From the NCBI GenBank assembly GCA_964016885.1, contig OZ024741.1, forward strand, positions 322,772,001 through 322,836,000: DNA of 64,000 bases, read 5' to 3'. A program made the position numbers and the translations under genes. Source of the DNA: Eledone cirrhosa (Eukaryota). Shown piece after piece: positions 1-12,960 of this stretch. The number at the start of each line of letters is the position of its first letter. Within the stretch, counting starts at the first letter, position 1. The notes beneath the pieces were generated by a model, which was not told the DNA's origin, made no database searches, and was given only the letters and a program-made list of their open reading frames with translations.

Positions 1-289
1 TCTGCCTGTAAATCATGTACTTGCACTGCTTATGAATTGATGTATCTATGCTTGGTTTGCTTTTTGATCATGCTGCGTGACACCCTCATTCATTTCTTGC
101 TCTCCTCTCTCAACCTCCTTAAGATCTATTGCCCATTTATGTGGTAAACTTTTGACGTAATTTTTTAAGATGTAATTTTTGTGACATTATATGTATCATG
201 TATTGTGTGCCCCCCTACTTGTCCTTCTTCCTTGTTCTGGTGACTAGGCTCGATGGAGCCTGCAACATTTGATAAACTTTTGTTTATAG

Positions 290-334
290 GCTCTGATGAT
301 TCCTGCCATAGTGTATGGATGAAACACTGTTAGC
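290..334 (+). ncRNA. Minimal type I hammerhead ribozyme motif (short helix I)
   Basis: GCU-CUGAUGA-U-UCC...GGA-U-GAAA-CACUG-UU-AGC: core CUGAUGA at 293-299, GAAA at 321-324, 3-bp helix I GCU/AGC, GUU cleavage triplet, AATAAA at 336-341. Confidence 0.6.
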
Positions 335-649
335 AAATAAAACAATGTATTTCTAAGCACTCTTTGATTATTCCTAAAATTATAACGGCTCTGTATCATA
401 CTAGTTATCCTACATTGAGCTAAAACCACACTGTCATACCAAGGACAATATATCTGTGTGTCTGTGCACATTAGTATAATTGTCAACCAAACTATATATA
501 TATATATATATATTTGCGTGTGTTCTTCTAGTTAATTCAAAGATACATAATTTTTTTTTCTTTGATAAATGGATAACTATTTTAATATATAATTTGAAAT
601 AGTTGTTTCTCTTCATCGTATATTTTATAATGATTTCTAATTTAGGCAC

Positions 650-1110
650 AAATCCAACAATGTTGGGTTGGTGGAAACCGATTAACGCGATCTTAAATGG
701 TACTTTAATTTATCGACCCATAAAGGATGAAACATAAAGTTAATCTCGACTGGTTTTAAACTCTGAATGAAGAGGCTCGTAATTAAATTCGGCCAATCAT
801 TTTGTCCAACACTTTAGCGGTACTGCCAATCCAGTGAAACTGCGTGGCTTAGTGTTCGACTCACGATCGTAGAGTCATGAGATCTATCCGCTGTGTAAGT
901 TTGTATGTTTTATGTTTACAAACTTTATCATGTGACTTTAACAACTCATTGGTGTTTTTCTGCTCTCCCAAACTTCTCATTACTAGAAGCAGTTTCTATT
1001 TGGATTGGCCGTATTGGTAGAGTATCGGACATGTTTTAAGGTATATAGTTACGTTCTGAGTTCACGTCCCTCCTGGGTTAGCTTTACCTTTCATCTTTAC
1101 GGGGTCGAAC
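650..1110. mobile_element. Cluster of decayed tRNA-derived SINE copies (family A on minus ~650-830 and plus ~990-1110; tRNA-head fragment ~840-900)
   Basis: Shares ggtactt..tttatcgaccc..aaggatgaaa and ctgagttca...ctttacctttcatc..acggggtcga blocks with many other copies in the window. Confidence 0.6.
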
Positions 1111-1269
1111 TCACGACTTACGATTGTGGACTGAACATTTTAACCACTAAAACAATGTGCTTTCACTTTGTTTCAATAATCTCTCCGGCAAACACGAATA
1201 GTTCTGTGTATAATTTATTGGAACTGTTTGTTTGTCTGTTTGTTTGCCATTTAATCATGGTTTAGCGCC

Positions 1270-1325
<56 letters not shown>

Positions 1326-1350
1326 TTTCATTTATTAGCCACAAGGGGAC

Positions 1351-1400
<50 letters not shown>

Positions 1401-1431
1401 TAATAATAATAATAATAATAATAATATATTA

Positions 1432-1482
<51 letters not shown>

Positions 1483-1495
1483 TTATTTTAATAAT
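1270..1495. repeat. (AAT)n/(ATT)n/(ATTT)n microsatellites
   Basis: Direct inspection. Confidence 0.95.
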
Positions 1496-2030
1496 TACGT
1501 GATGGTTCGTGGATGTCTGCTGTGCAGTACATCTGCAGGTGATTTTCTCATCTAATACTGGATGTAGTGCAGAAGAGAAAAAATGTAATTGGCCTTGCCG
1601 CAACGCATGGTTTTCACGGCTTGCTTTTCGAATTCCTTATTTGAATGTATCAACAAAGCGTTCTATTTCGCCGTTTGAAGCCGGATGTTGAACAGATGAC
1701 GTCAAACGTTAATTTGATTGTAACATTGTTTAAAATGTACATGACTTAGATTGAGTTCCATTATCTCATGTAATAGTTTGTAGCTGTCCTTTAATGGCGG
1801 AACTTGTGTCGCTGTTGTTTAATTGTAGTGCTTTTATACCTTTAGTATTTTACTGGTTTCAGTGAATAAACTGTAGCGGCCATGCTAGGGCATCGTATTG
1901 AAAGAATTTAGTTGATCGCAGCATTTACGTTTATTTATTTATTTTTTAAAGTTTGGTACTTATTTTATCGATTTTATTTTTGCCGAACCACTACGCTACA
2001 TGGTATAATTATAGATAGACACAAACGGAA

Positions 2031-2066
<36 letters not shown>

Positions 2067-2269
2067 CCCTCCCATATATACATACATATATAAATGTCAA
2101 GCAGTTTCGACTCAAAAGACATTGGGCAACCCGAGTCTATAGTAGTAGATTCTTGCCCAAGATACCATGCAGCGTGACTGAAACCTCTGCCCTCTAACGC
2201 AAGTCATAGCTAGACATGCAGCGCTGGGACTTGCGAGGCGAGCGGGGCATAGCCCAGCGGCGCCAATGC

Positions 2270-3320
2270 AAATGTCGAAAAAAAATCTGCATGAAAAGTG
2301 TTTTGTAAAAGATGAAAAGTGTGTTTTGAAAGTGTCGAAAAATAATCTGTATGAAAAGTGTATTTTGAGAAAGGTTGAAAAAAAAAAATCTATATGAAAA
2401 GCATGTTTTGTGAAAGGCCGAAAAAAATTCCATATGAAATCGGTGTATTAGAAAGTGTCGAAAAATATTCTATATGAAAAGTGTATTTTTGAAAGTGACA
2501 AAAAACATCTATTTGAAAAATGTATTTTTGAAAGTGTCGAAAAGAAATTTATATGATAAGTGTGTTTTTTAAATGGTAGAAAAAATAATCCATATGAAAA
2601 GTGTGTTTTGTGAAAGGTTGAAAAAAATCTGCATTAAAAGCTTGTTTTTGAAAGTGTCGAAAAAATATCTATATGAAATGTGTTTTTTGAAAGGTCGAAA
2701 AAAAAATCTATTTGAAATGTGTGTCTTTGAAAGTGTCGAAAAAAATATATACGAAAAGCGTGTTTTTGACAGTGTCGAAAACATCTGTATGAAAAGTATG
2801 TTTTGAGGATAGTCGTAAAAAATCTAAATGAAATGTGTGTTTTTGAAAGTGTTGAAGCAAAATCTATATGAAAAGCGTGTTTTGTGAAAGGTCGAAAACA
2901 ATTCTATATGAAAAGCGCGTTTTGTGAAAGGTCGAAAACAATTCTATATGAAAAGCGCGTTTTGTGAAAGGTCTAAAAAAAATCTATATGAAATATGTAT
3001 TTTTGAAAGTGTTGAAAATAAATCCATATGAAATGAGTGTTTTTGAAAGTGCCGAAAAATATCGATATGAAATGTGTTTTTGAAAGTGTCGAAACAAAAT
3101 CTATAAGAAAGGCACGTTTTTTAAAAGGACGAAAAGATCTATATGAAAAGTGTTTTTGAAAGTGTCGAAAAAAATCTATATGAAAGTTTGAAAAAAACAA
3201 TTCTATATGGAAAGCGCGTTTTTTGAACGTTCGAAAAACATTTTATGGAATGTGTGTTTTTGAAAGTGTCGAAAAAAAATCTGTATGAAAAGCGTGTTTT
3301 TGAAAGTATCGGGAAAAAAA
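2270..3320. repeat. Degenerate minisatellite, ~38-41 bp unit (gaaagtgtcgaaaaaaatctatatgaaaagtgtgtttt), roughly 25 copies
   Basis: Recurrent gaaagtgtcgaaaa / ctatatgaaaag / gtgttttt blocks at ~40 bp spacing. Confidence 0.9.
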
Positions 3321-3334
3321 TATATTAATTATTA

Positions 3335-4035
3335 ATTTATAAGTATAAAGAAAGTATCCAAGCGTAGAAATGCTATAAAGATTGCTTATAAAATAGGGTG
3401 AAGACCCTTAATAGACAGGAAAAGAATTTGCCAATGACCGCTATGAGGAAGTGAACCCCATTTCTTCCAGATATCTTCTAGCCGCTATCTGGCAAATATG
3501 AGGTTCCATTCCTCATAGCAGTCGTTGGCAATTTCTTTTTCTGTCTTTTAAGTTTGTCCACCCTATTTTATAAGCCATCTTTACACCATTCCTGTCTTTT
3601 AAGTTTGTCCACCCTATTTTATAAGCCATCTTTACACCATTCCTGTCTTTTAAGTTTGTCCACCCTATTTTATAAGCCATCTTTACACCATTCCTGTCTT
3701 TTAAGTTTGTCCACCCTATTTTATAAGCCATCTTTACACCATTCCTGTCTTTTAAGTTTGTCCACCCTATTTTATAAGCCATCTTTACACCATTCCTGTC
3801 TTTTAAGTTTGTCCACCCTATTTTATAAGCCATCTTTACACCATTCCTGTCTTTTAAGTTTGTCCACCCTATTTTATAAGCCATCTTTACACCATTCCTG
3901 TCTTTTAAGTTTGTCCACCCTATTTTATAAGCCATCTTTACACCATTCCTGTCTTTTAAGTTTGTCCACCCTATTTTATACGCCATCTTTACACCATTTC
4001 TGCGCTTAAACACTTTCTTTATATTTATATAATTA
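3335..4035. repeat. Fold-back (long imperfect palindrome centred near 3478) whose right arm contains a 51-bp tandem array
   Basis: 3335-3450 is the reverse complement of 3509-3580 plus 3980-4035; the centre also pairs (gaacc..ccagata/tatctgg..ggttc). Confidence 0.8.
3541..3999. repeat. Near-perfect 51-bp tandem repeat, 9 copies
   Basis: Unit ctgtcttttaagtttgtccaccctattttataagccatctttacaccattc starts at 3541, 3592, 3643 and so on; no spacers. Confidence 0.97.
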
Positions 4036-4113
4036 CATATATTCTCATCGCTTCAAAAACCGAAAATCGGCTTCGAACATTGTTTATACACACGCGCGCA
4101 CATATATATATAT

Positions 4114-4175
<62 letters not shown>

Positions 4176-4215
4176 ACACACGAGAGAGTGTGTGTGTGTG
4201 TGTGTGTGTTTATCA

Positions 4216-4630
4216 ATATACAAGGAACACCACTAGTGTATGGAATCTATAAACTACGAAAGGGGAGGTAGAGCACTCTTCTTTGAGTGGTTTTGGGCTG
4301 TGATTTCTAGCCGCTCATTCCACCCAGGCCACTAGTTTACTGTCTTTCGCACACATTCACTTCTCTCTACCAACGTGTTGCAAAGCAGTTATCTTAAGGT
4401 TTTCTTAGAGTTGTCTGGAATGAATACACTTACCACACGCTGATGAACCTGGGTGTTTTCATTCCATTCACTAATCTTTTGGCGAAACAAATCTCTTTGG
4501 GTTTGTACGTGTGTGATATATAGTTATAAAGGTGGGTAAATTCATTTTGATTTATATTTTTAATTATTATGCGTCTCCCTCACCTTTCGTAGTTTATTGA
4601 TTCCATACACTGGTGGTTTTCTACATATTA
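4216..4630 (+). mobile_element. HHR-bearing element with inverted ends (Penelope pseudo-LTR-like), between (TG)n and (TA)n
   Basis: 4216-4272 (ccactagtgtatggaatctataaactacgaaagg) is inverted at 4570-4630; HHR inside. Confidence 0.65.
4434..4513 (+). ncRNA. Type I hammerhead ribozyme with full helix III
   Basis: Helix I CACACG/CGUGUG (6 bp), CUGAUGA at 4440-4446, GAAA at 4484-4487, helix III ACAAAUC/GGUUUGU (7 bp), GUA site cleaving after 4507; helix II base is A.C (imperfect). Confidence 0.8.
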
Positions 4631-4709
4631 TATTTGAGGAGCTCAGGATTACTTTTCAGCACATAATTTACAGGGACTAACGCGAGTCTATGACTCCGTT
4701 AATTTATTT

Positions 4710-4770
<61 letters not shown>

Positions 4771-5095
4771 TAGTGTCACTTCTGTCAGAAGTGGTGACCA
4801 ACAGACAGTATCAAAAATAGAAAGACCGATCGACTCCTTTGTTGTGATATTCTCTATAGGATATAATGTATATTAACAGCTAATTGATATGCTGAACATA
4901 ATGTGACAATCGGTACTGGTATCACGGTGAGTTTAAGCTGTTGACTTCGCAACCACATGGTTCTGAGATTAGTCACGCTGAGCGGCTTAACTGCTTAATA
5001 CTATAGCTTCGAGCTGATCAACCATTCGTGTGTGGAATTTGTGGAAAACGGAAACTGCAGAAATTGATAGTATATATATGTGTGTGTGTGTGTGA

Positions 5096-5129
<34 letters not shown>

Positions 5130-5131
<2 letters not shown>

Positions 5132-5905
5132 TTGAAAAAAAGGAAAAGAATGACTTCACTTGTAGTTCTAAACAATTTGATTTAATATTATAATATTATG
5201 AGTTGGTAGATCTAGTAAGTTTTTTGTTAACTTCGGTGGGAAGATTTTTAAAGATTCCTGGTTAACCTTCCTGGAGAACTTTCTCGCATTCGTCGGTGGC
5301 GATTGTCAAACTGAGATTAGGTTGTGTTGTGATATGTGACTCTATATAAGAGAGATTTAGATGTGTCTGGGGGTGGGGCGCGGTGTTAATGACTGTGGGA
5401 GTAAAGGAATGTTGATAAAGATTTAAAGGAATTAAAGCATACACATATACACGCATAGACACATATATACATATATACACAGAACATGGTAAATGGTGAC
5501 AGCAAGATAATGGTTTGGGAGTGCTGTTTAAGAAAGGTGCTGTAAAAGTGCCCTCCTGCCGATTCCATTTCAATAAATGACCTTTGATGAATATAATGGC
5601 ATTTTTTTTTCAAATTCGTTTCTTATAGCTGAAGCAACTCTCTTAAATTTATAAAGAATACCTTCAACAATTTTCTATATTAAAGATGAATTTAGGTGTG
5701 TGTCTGGTGGTGATGGTGGTGGTGAGTTAATGAGGTGTAAGATACATGTCTTTTGATAAGAATGTGATGACAGCAAAGAGAAGAATAAGGATAGATTGGG
5801 AATATTTGTCATAATATAAAATTAAATCAAATTGTTTAGTCAAGTGAAGTCATTCTTTTCCTTTTTTCAAATAAACCTAACTGTACCAAGGATTTCACAC
5901 ATTTT
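5130..5905. mobile_element. Element with ~70-bp inverted ends between (TA)n tracts
   Basis: ttgaaaaaa..ggaaaagaatgacttcacttg..ctaaacaatttgatttaat at 5132-5200 is inverted at 5805-5870. Confidence 0.55.
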
Positions 5906-5918
5906 CCAATATATATAT

Positions 5919-5966
<48 letters not shown>

Positions 5967-5968
<2 letters not shown>

Positions 5969-6157
5969 CGAAGGAAATGTGGTAAGGAACCAGATGGACC
6001 ATAACGCACCAAAGTACTCAGTACTTAGGGTAGTAGAGTGGGTAATAGGAACGAGTAGGACCCCGACGGCTGAGCTCAAGCCGTTTCGACAGCTAATTCT
6101 GCGTCCAGAATTAGCCGTCGAAACGGCTTGAGCTCAGCCGTCGGGGTCTTACTTGTT

Positions 6158-6163
<6 letters not shown>
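5967..6163. mobile_element. Fold-back element in (TA)n carrying only the 3' half of an HHR in each arm
   Basis: Near-perfect palindrome 6044-6163; GAAA-CGGCU-loop-AGCCG-UC-GGGGUC at 6120-6148; homologous pieces at 44755-44810, 55728-55757 and 60865-60980. Confidence 0.75.
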
Positions 6164-6233
<70 letters not shown>

Positions 6234-6262
6234 TATGTTCATTCTGTTATTACAACAACAGA

Positions 6263-6347
6263 GGTCTGACCAGCTTTTGATTCCAGAGTCAGGCCAGATC
6301 GATATAGAACGAACCTTGAGCTAATCAATAACGAAACGCGCGTCACC
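6263..6347 (+). ncRNA. Decayed minimal hammerhead (core CUGACCA, G8 mutated)
   Basis: GGU/ACC helix I, helix II UUGAUU/AAUCAA, GAAA-CGCGCG-UC palindromic loop, AATAAA at 6352-6357. Confidence 0.55.
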
Positions 6348-6404
6348 AATCAATAAACGTAACGAAGGCTTAACAAATCGTCCTTGTATTATTATATTAT
6401 GTAT

Positions 6405-6655
6405 ATATATTTATAAAATTCTTGGTCTCTCTCTGTCTGTCTGTCTTTTCCTTGTGCATTCTCAAATGGCTTGACCAAATCAAATCAAACTTTACAAGGT
6501 GCTTCAAGATTGACAGATTTTCATTTCTAAATTATATTATCATTATAATTTTGATGTTTCTTTTTTATAAAATATAGATATTTTGAAATAATTATGAGAG
6601 AAAAATACATCTTTATATTTATTGTAACCCGGGCAACGCCGGGTCATTCAGCGAG
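6405..6655 (+). mobile_element. Non-autonomous Helitron remnant
   Basis: 3' hairpin CCCGG-GCAACG-CCGGG (6628-6643) followed 8 nt later by CGAG|T (CTAG-like end); 5' tatatat..ataaaa followed by (tctg)n. Confidence 0.55.
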
Positions 6656-6675
6656 TATATATGTGTGTGTGTGTA

Positions 6676-6711
<36 letters not shown>

Positions 6712-6853
6712 CGTGCGCGTGCGCGCGCGTGTGTGTGTATGTATATATATATATATATATATAATTCAGTATAGAAATGGGTTGAGTACTTCACTTACTG
6801 TGATTACCCCCGATTGAACCCGGGACTCACACACATACATATGTATACATAAG

Positions 6854-6937
<84 letters not shown>

Positions 6938-6938
6938 A

Positions 6939-7248
6939 GGCCCCCATCGGTCACTAATGACCATGGTTTTGCATCTAGAAAGTTTCCCTCCGAGGCACAA
7001 GCTTTGGCAAGGTTAGTTTGTTGAGGACTATCATTCGCCCGTGCATACAAGTTTCCCGTTTACACGCCACCGATGTTGTCCAAGGGAAAAGCAATGGCCG
7101 ATACAGCTTGGTGTGGAGAGGGAAGACTGGTATGCATGGTATGCGTGGTCGACTGCTGGTCTTCCACAAACAATCTTATCCGGAATTGTATCTCGGAGAT
7201 GAACTTTATAGGTGCAAATCCCTTGGCCATTCGTGACCGTATGGGGTC
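6939..7248. mobile_element. Two diverged copies of a SINE/RTE-related segment in inverted orientation
   Basis: 6939-7068 aligns with the reverse complement of 7110-7248. Confidence 0.65.
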
Positions 7249-7899
7249 CATCAGCGGCATCCTTAGGAATGAAAGGGTACATTTATTCCCACCTAACTCT
7301 CACTATTGGCTCCGAAAATATTTTCAGCCACACCCTGGAAATTGCTTCTGCTAGCAGGCTAAACTTTGTGAGGGACTTAAAGCTTGGAGGGGAGATGGGC
7401 ACCGCCAAGCCTTCTAAAGCCCGTTTAAATGCCATGATAGACAGAGACCAATAACGACGATTGACTGCAAAAGCGTCTAGATTGAACCCCAACAACTGGC
7501 TCACCAGTTGCGGGAATATCATGATGATTCTTCGTTCTAATAACGACTTCTATCCATCCATGTATGAACCCGTCGTGATAAATGGAGTAACTTGAGTATT
7601 TAAACCTGGCAGAGCTCATTCCTTTGCAAGACCGAACACCACCGATTTCTTTTTCTAGCGTTCTAGCGAGAGAGTGAGAAAGATGGAGGGTGATAGAAGG
7701 AGGGTGAGGGAAGGTCGGTCCCTGTACTGGACTGGTACTTTATTTATTGACCTCGAGATGATGAAAGGCAGTTGACCTCGGCGGGATATGAAATCAGAGC
7801 CCAGAGAGCAGGAACGAATACCGTAAAGCATTCTATTCGACTTTCTCACGACTTTACCACTGTGTCGCCTTAGGAAATTTGGACCACAAAATAAATAAC

Positions 7900-10400
7900 T
7901 TACCGTCATAATTAATTGCTTCATCTTTATAATTTAATCTTTTCTAATATCTTTATCTTCAATATTTAGTTTAGTCTATCTGGCTATCCATTATCGATGA
8001 ATAGTTTAATTTGAATAACATCAATATGAGAATTCATAGCTGATTATTCAATTTCTTTAGTGATAAATAGCCTTCCATCAAAACTTGTATTAATAGCTTG
8101 ATGTACTTTTAATCCAGATAGAATATGATGTTTATGATTTTCGTCAAAAGTCTAATGAGGTCCGACCGGCAGTCTTGATAACACATCAGCATTTTCGCGT
8201 TGCTCAGAAATTTTATATCTCAATATACATTTGTATAAAGCCATAAACATTGGCTGAATTTGCATATTGAATTTGAGAAAATTCTCCTATTTATCCATTT
8301 GCGAATACCACTGTTTAGATCAATGCCCGTTCAACTTTACGTTATACCAGAACCGCACCAATAATGACTAGCAACTGTCAAAATAAGTGGAAACGTATTA
8401 TTTTAATACGTGAGCTCTGTGTTCTCATTCACTTTAAGTTTCATCTAATCAAAACTCTTCCGACAATCATTTCCTCATTTGAACGTTCTTTCTATTTCAT
8501 TAAATTATATAATATAATACGGTTCTCCAATATTTTTAAAGAATGTGCGATCACATTCGATTTTCCAAGCAAATATACTTCAGTCTCAGTTTCTTGGAAT
8601 CAGCAATCTTTTAATAACATTGTTGTTTTTTGTTTTTTTTCTTTCGGATAATCTTGCCACAGGTGTTAATAGTATAGTCAAGATAGTCAATTTGTTTTCG
8701 AAAAAAACAAAAATTCGTTTTTCTTTATGATATTTTAAGCAAATGATATTTTTACCAATATTATTTTAAATTATGTAAACGTTATTCATTTGTCTTCCTG
8801 GTATCGATGATATTATCCAGATATGCCGCACAATTCTTTATTGCAAATAAAATTTGATAAAAACAAGACGTTGAAATATAGCAGCTACACTGTAAATTCC
8901 GAATAGCCTTCGTTTCTACGTGTAAAGAAAGAAAGTCGTTTTATCATGATTATGTTTGCGATTCTTCAGTTAAGTTGATCTCTAAATAAGCGTCTTTTAA
9001 GTGTTTTCCTCTATCCCGTTTGGAATAGTCAGTGATAGATCAAAGAAGAAGGTTGGCTTAACTCTATGCAGGGTCCTCATGTAAGTTTAATCCTCTCTGG
9101 GAATAGTTAATCCTATCTGGCCATTGGGTGGCGATAGTCTTTAGTCTGTTTATTGGAGTGGCATTAACATCACTACGGATATGAACTTTGCCATTTGCCT
9201 TCTAAATAACGACCATTGGCACAGCTAATCGATCGGTTCCAATATACCGTTCGTCTTTTACTAATTCAGCTTATTGAACATTGTAAAGATTTTGCCTTCC
9301 AATAAATCAGTTAAGTAAGAAGAAATAGTCGAATTGGGGTCTAGAATTTCGTTCAATAGCCTTAAGCCAGGTGAAAATATTCAGGTATATTTATCACATA
9401 AATCATAAGTTTATTTTAATGTTGAAATCAGTTGAATGATCAGCACCATTAACAATACTAGTTATATTATGGTGCACAGATATCGGTATCATACATACTT
9501 TCAACCAATTTATTCCAAATAAATTTAAACCCATTTCAGAAATCGATAACCATAGCTTCTATATTTTCCAGTTGCTTGATTACAAATTGAATATTTACAG
9601 TTTATACGATATCATTGAAATATTTTTATTAATGTAAAGATCAATGGATTGGCATAATAGTTGAAGCGTCTGACAAAATCTCTTGAGATATACAGGATGT
9701 CCCCCAAAAATGTATAGACACTTCAACAGCATTCTAATAAATATTGCCTGTACAGTTAATCAAGGTGTGTATACATTTTTTAGGACACCCTATATATTCA
9801 AGCTGCTTACGTTCCGAGTTCAAATCGCACCTAAGTTAACTTTACCTGTTATTCTTCCGAGGTTGATAAAATACAATGCCAATCAGATAGGTACTAAGAT
9901 CGATATAATATATTGCTCTTCCACGAAAATTTCGTGACTCGTGTCTCTCTAAGAACATAGTTTTATTACAATATGATTTTAATATTATCGATAATGGCTC
10001 TAGTAGTGGCGAGCTGATAATTGCATATCTATTTAAACAAATCGAAGTTCCACTGATGCCAGTATTTAATTAGAAAGTAATCAATTGATTATTGATTTAC
10101 GTCTAAATAAAACATTTATTTCCGACTTGTATTTATTTCTATATTGTAAATTTTCTTGAATATTATATTCAGAAACGTGACAATTCGATCACATTTCAAA
10201 CGCCTGATGATATTTGAAGCCTTATCTCTGTATCTACAATCTCAAGCTTACTACATCATTTCGATTTTCCAATTACCATAGAATTGACTATATTTCGTCC
10301 CACATTAGTGAAATCTATTAAACGTGATGAGAATATTTAAGTGTTTCTTGAAATATTAGGTCAATATATAAAAAGTTTTCATATAAGAAGTTTTGTCTCT
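7900..10400 (-). pseudogene. Highly decayed LINE-like (CR1/L2-type?) remnant interrupted by a MITE and a SINE
   Basis: AT-rich non-microsatellite sequence with only faint RT-like motifs; no intact ORF. Confidence 0.25.
9692..9791. mobile_element. Tc1/mariner-type MITE
   Basis: TIRs caggatgtcccccaaaaatgtata / tatacattttttaggacacccta flanked by TA; related copy at ~19154-19228. Confidence 0.7.
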
Positions 10401-11534
10401 TTCTTCAGTACCGAATATATGTATATGCTCGAAATCTGCCTGCGTTCCACTTCATTCTGATTGGTGTTCCAGTTGATTCAATCAACAGAATAGCCGACTC
10501 GTGATATTAATGTGCAAGTGGATGTGTACATTTAAGGTAGTTCTGAAGGAGATTCAACAGGATACAGCTTTTATTAAGGTCGGGACTTTTGAATTACAGG
10601 CACAACTCACTTTATTCCAACTGAGTGTACTGGAGCAACGTGAAATAAAGTGTTTTGCTTAAACATAGGTCCGGAAATCAAACTCATGATCTTATGACCG
10701 CAAAGCCATGCACAGAACAGTTAGTTTTTGAGGTCATCAGTTTTATGAGCAACCCATCGTAAATATGATTTCAATTTATCAGCATGAAGGCGTTCCATGG
10801 GCACAAGATTACACATTATAAAATCAGAGGGAATGAGGGGGAATCGAGTATACTCCCCCCCCCCCCCTCCTCCGACAACCCCGAATAATAATAAAGTAGA
10901 GATGACTTCGTCAGGATTTGAACACCGAAAATAAAGAAGCATAACTAAATACCGGAAGTTATTATGTCCGCCTCTCTAACCAGTGGTTATTTTAATGTCC
11001 AGTTCACCCCTACTTCTCCAGTCCCAAATTTAATTTTTCGCAGTTCTAAATCTAATTTTTTTTTTATAGTTCTAAATCTAATTTTGTGCAGCAAATTTAC
11101 ATTTTGAGTCAAATACCATACATGAGCTTATATGGTAAATGATGGTTAAAATAGATAAACCATTAATAATATGTTAAAAATGATTCCATTACAAATGCTT
11201 CTCAGACTCAGAAAACATCAAACAGTGGGTCACGTCCCTTGCCTAAAAAAATGTGTGCAGTTCTAAATAAACCCCGTCTTTAACCCCTCCCCCCACCTCG
11301 AGTGGTAAAATATTGATTTATGATAAACCCACGACCACAATATTCAAAGTAGCGTTTGGTCAATTGAATCGACTGCAATGCAAACAATGTGTGTTTGTTT
11401 ACGAAATATTATCTTCTTATAAAAGTTATTTACTAAGAAAGCAAAACGAATGAAAGAAAGATGTAAGGAGGAAACCAAGAATTACGTGGATGCATAATAA
11501 CATTTGAATTAGAAGCAGACGACAACAACGATGA

Positions 11535-11800
11535 TTATAATAATGATGGTGATGGTGATAGTAGTAATGATGTCGGTGATGATGGGATGATGGAGGTGAT
11601 GGTGAAATTGTTGTGATGCTGATAATGATGGCATACAAACTTAGAATAGAGGGAATGTATAAGGACAACACAGGAAAGACTGAGATGACGATAATGCTGA
11701 TGATGATGATGATGGTGGTGGTAGTGGTGATTATGATGGGGATGATGATGGTGATGACGGTAATGATGAATGTGAGAATGATGATGATGGCAATGGTAGT
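11535..11800. repeat. (GAT/GGT)n low-complexity trinucleotide tract
   Basis: Direct inspection; produces spurious His/Met-rich ORFs. Confidence 0.85.
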
Positions 11801-11919
11801 AATAAACCGGGTGAGAGAAAAAAAGTATAATGTGAGGAATAACCAAGTAAATTGTACGATGTTGTAGGAGGGGGCTCCCTTGGTGAATATGACTTTGCTC
11901 TGTGACCATTGACCATAGC

Positions 11920-12350
11920 ATTGACCAGTTCAGTCATACATCACCTCTGATAACTGGACATAGCCATGGACATAGCCACTCACAACATTGGTCAGTTCAG
12001 TCATGTGTTATCCCAGATAACTGGACATAACCACCGAAAACACTGGTCAATTTAGTTATGTGTTATCACGGATAACTGGACATAGCCATCGACAACACTG
12101 GTCAATTTAGTCATGTGTCACTTCTCATAGCTGGACATGGCCATCGACAACACTGGTCAATTTAGTCATGTGTCACTTCTCATAGCTGGACATGGCCATC
12201 GACAACACTGGTCAATTTAGTCATGTGTCACTTCTCATAGCTGGACATAGCGATGGACAACACTGGTCAATTTAGTCATGTGTCACTTCTCATAGCTGGA
12301 CATAGCGATGGACAACACTGGTCAGTTAAGTTACGTATAACAACTGATAA
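11920..12350. repeat. 55-bp minisatellite, ~7-8 copies, with near-identical central copies
   Basis: ggtcaatttagtcatgtgtcacttctcatagctggacat... recurs at 12100, 12155, 12210 and 12265. Confidence 0.93.
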
Positions 12351-12529
12351 CTTGCCACCCTTACCTCGTTCTAACTAAACAATTCCTAACATGTGTTCAC
12401 AAGTTCACACTTTTCAGTTGACGCATGAAACATTCGATTTAATCAACCTCTCCTGCTTCTTTATTGCATTCTTTTATCGACCTCGCAACGATGAAAGGCA
12501 AACACAGCCATGGCTTCTGGTTGAATAAC

Positions 12530-12901
12530 GAATGAGAGGAGGAGGAGGAGGAGGAGGAGGAGAAGTAGTAGTAGTCAAGAGAAATAGATAAAAGCAGCAG
12601 GATCCAGTGACATTTATTTCAATGAAGGATTCACATGAGGTGAGAGGAAGAGGGGAGAGAGGAACACGGAGTCAGTGGGAGTTAGAGATAAGTGCGGGCG
12701 ATAGTTAGAAAGAGATGGAAAGAAGGAGAGGTAAAAACATAGAGAATCAGAGAAACAGAGAGAAGATCCATTAGGTGAGGGTACATGACAGGGATAAAAG
12801 AGACAGAGAGATGGAAAGATCGAGATAAAGAAATACAGATAGAGAGACCAGTGAATGTAAAGAGAAAGAAAGACAGAGAGAGGATAAGAAATGCAAAAGT
12901 G

Positions 12902-12960
<59 letters not shown>

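Noticed and set aside
3541-3999. 51-bp array as a CRISPR or as the 166-aa repeat protein
   Set aside because: No unique spacers and eukaryotic context; the ORF is a by-product of a unit length divisible by 3
11920-12350. 55-bp array as CRISPR
   Set aside because: Contiguous units without spacers
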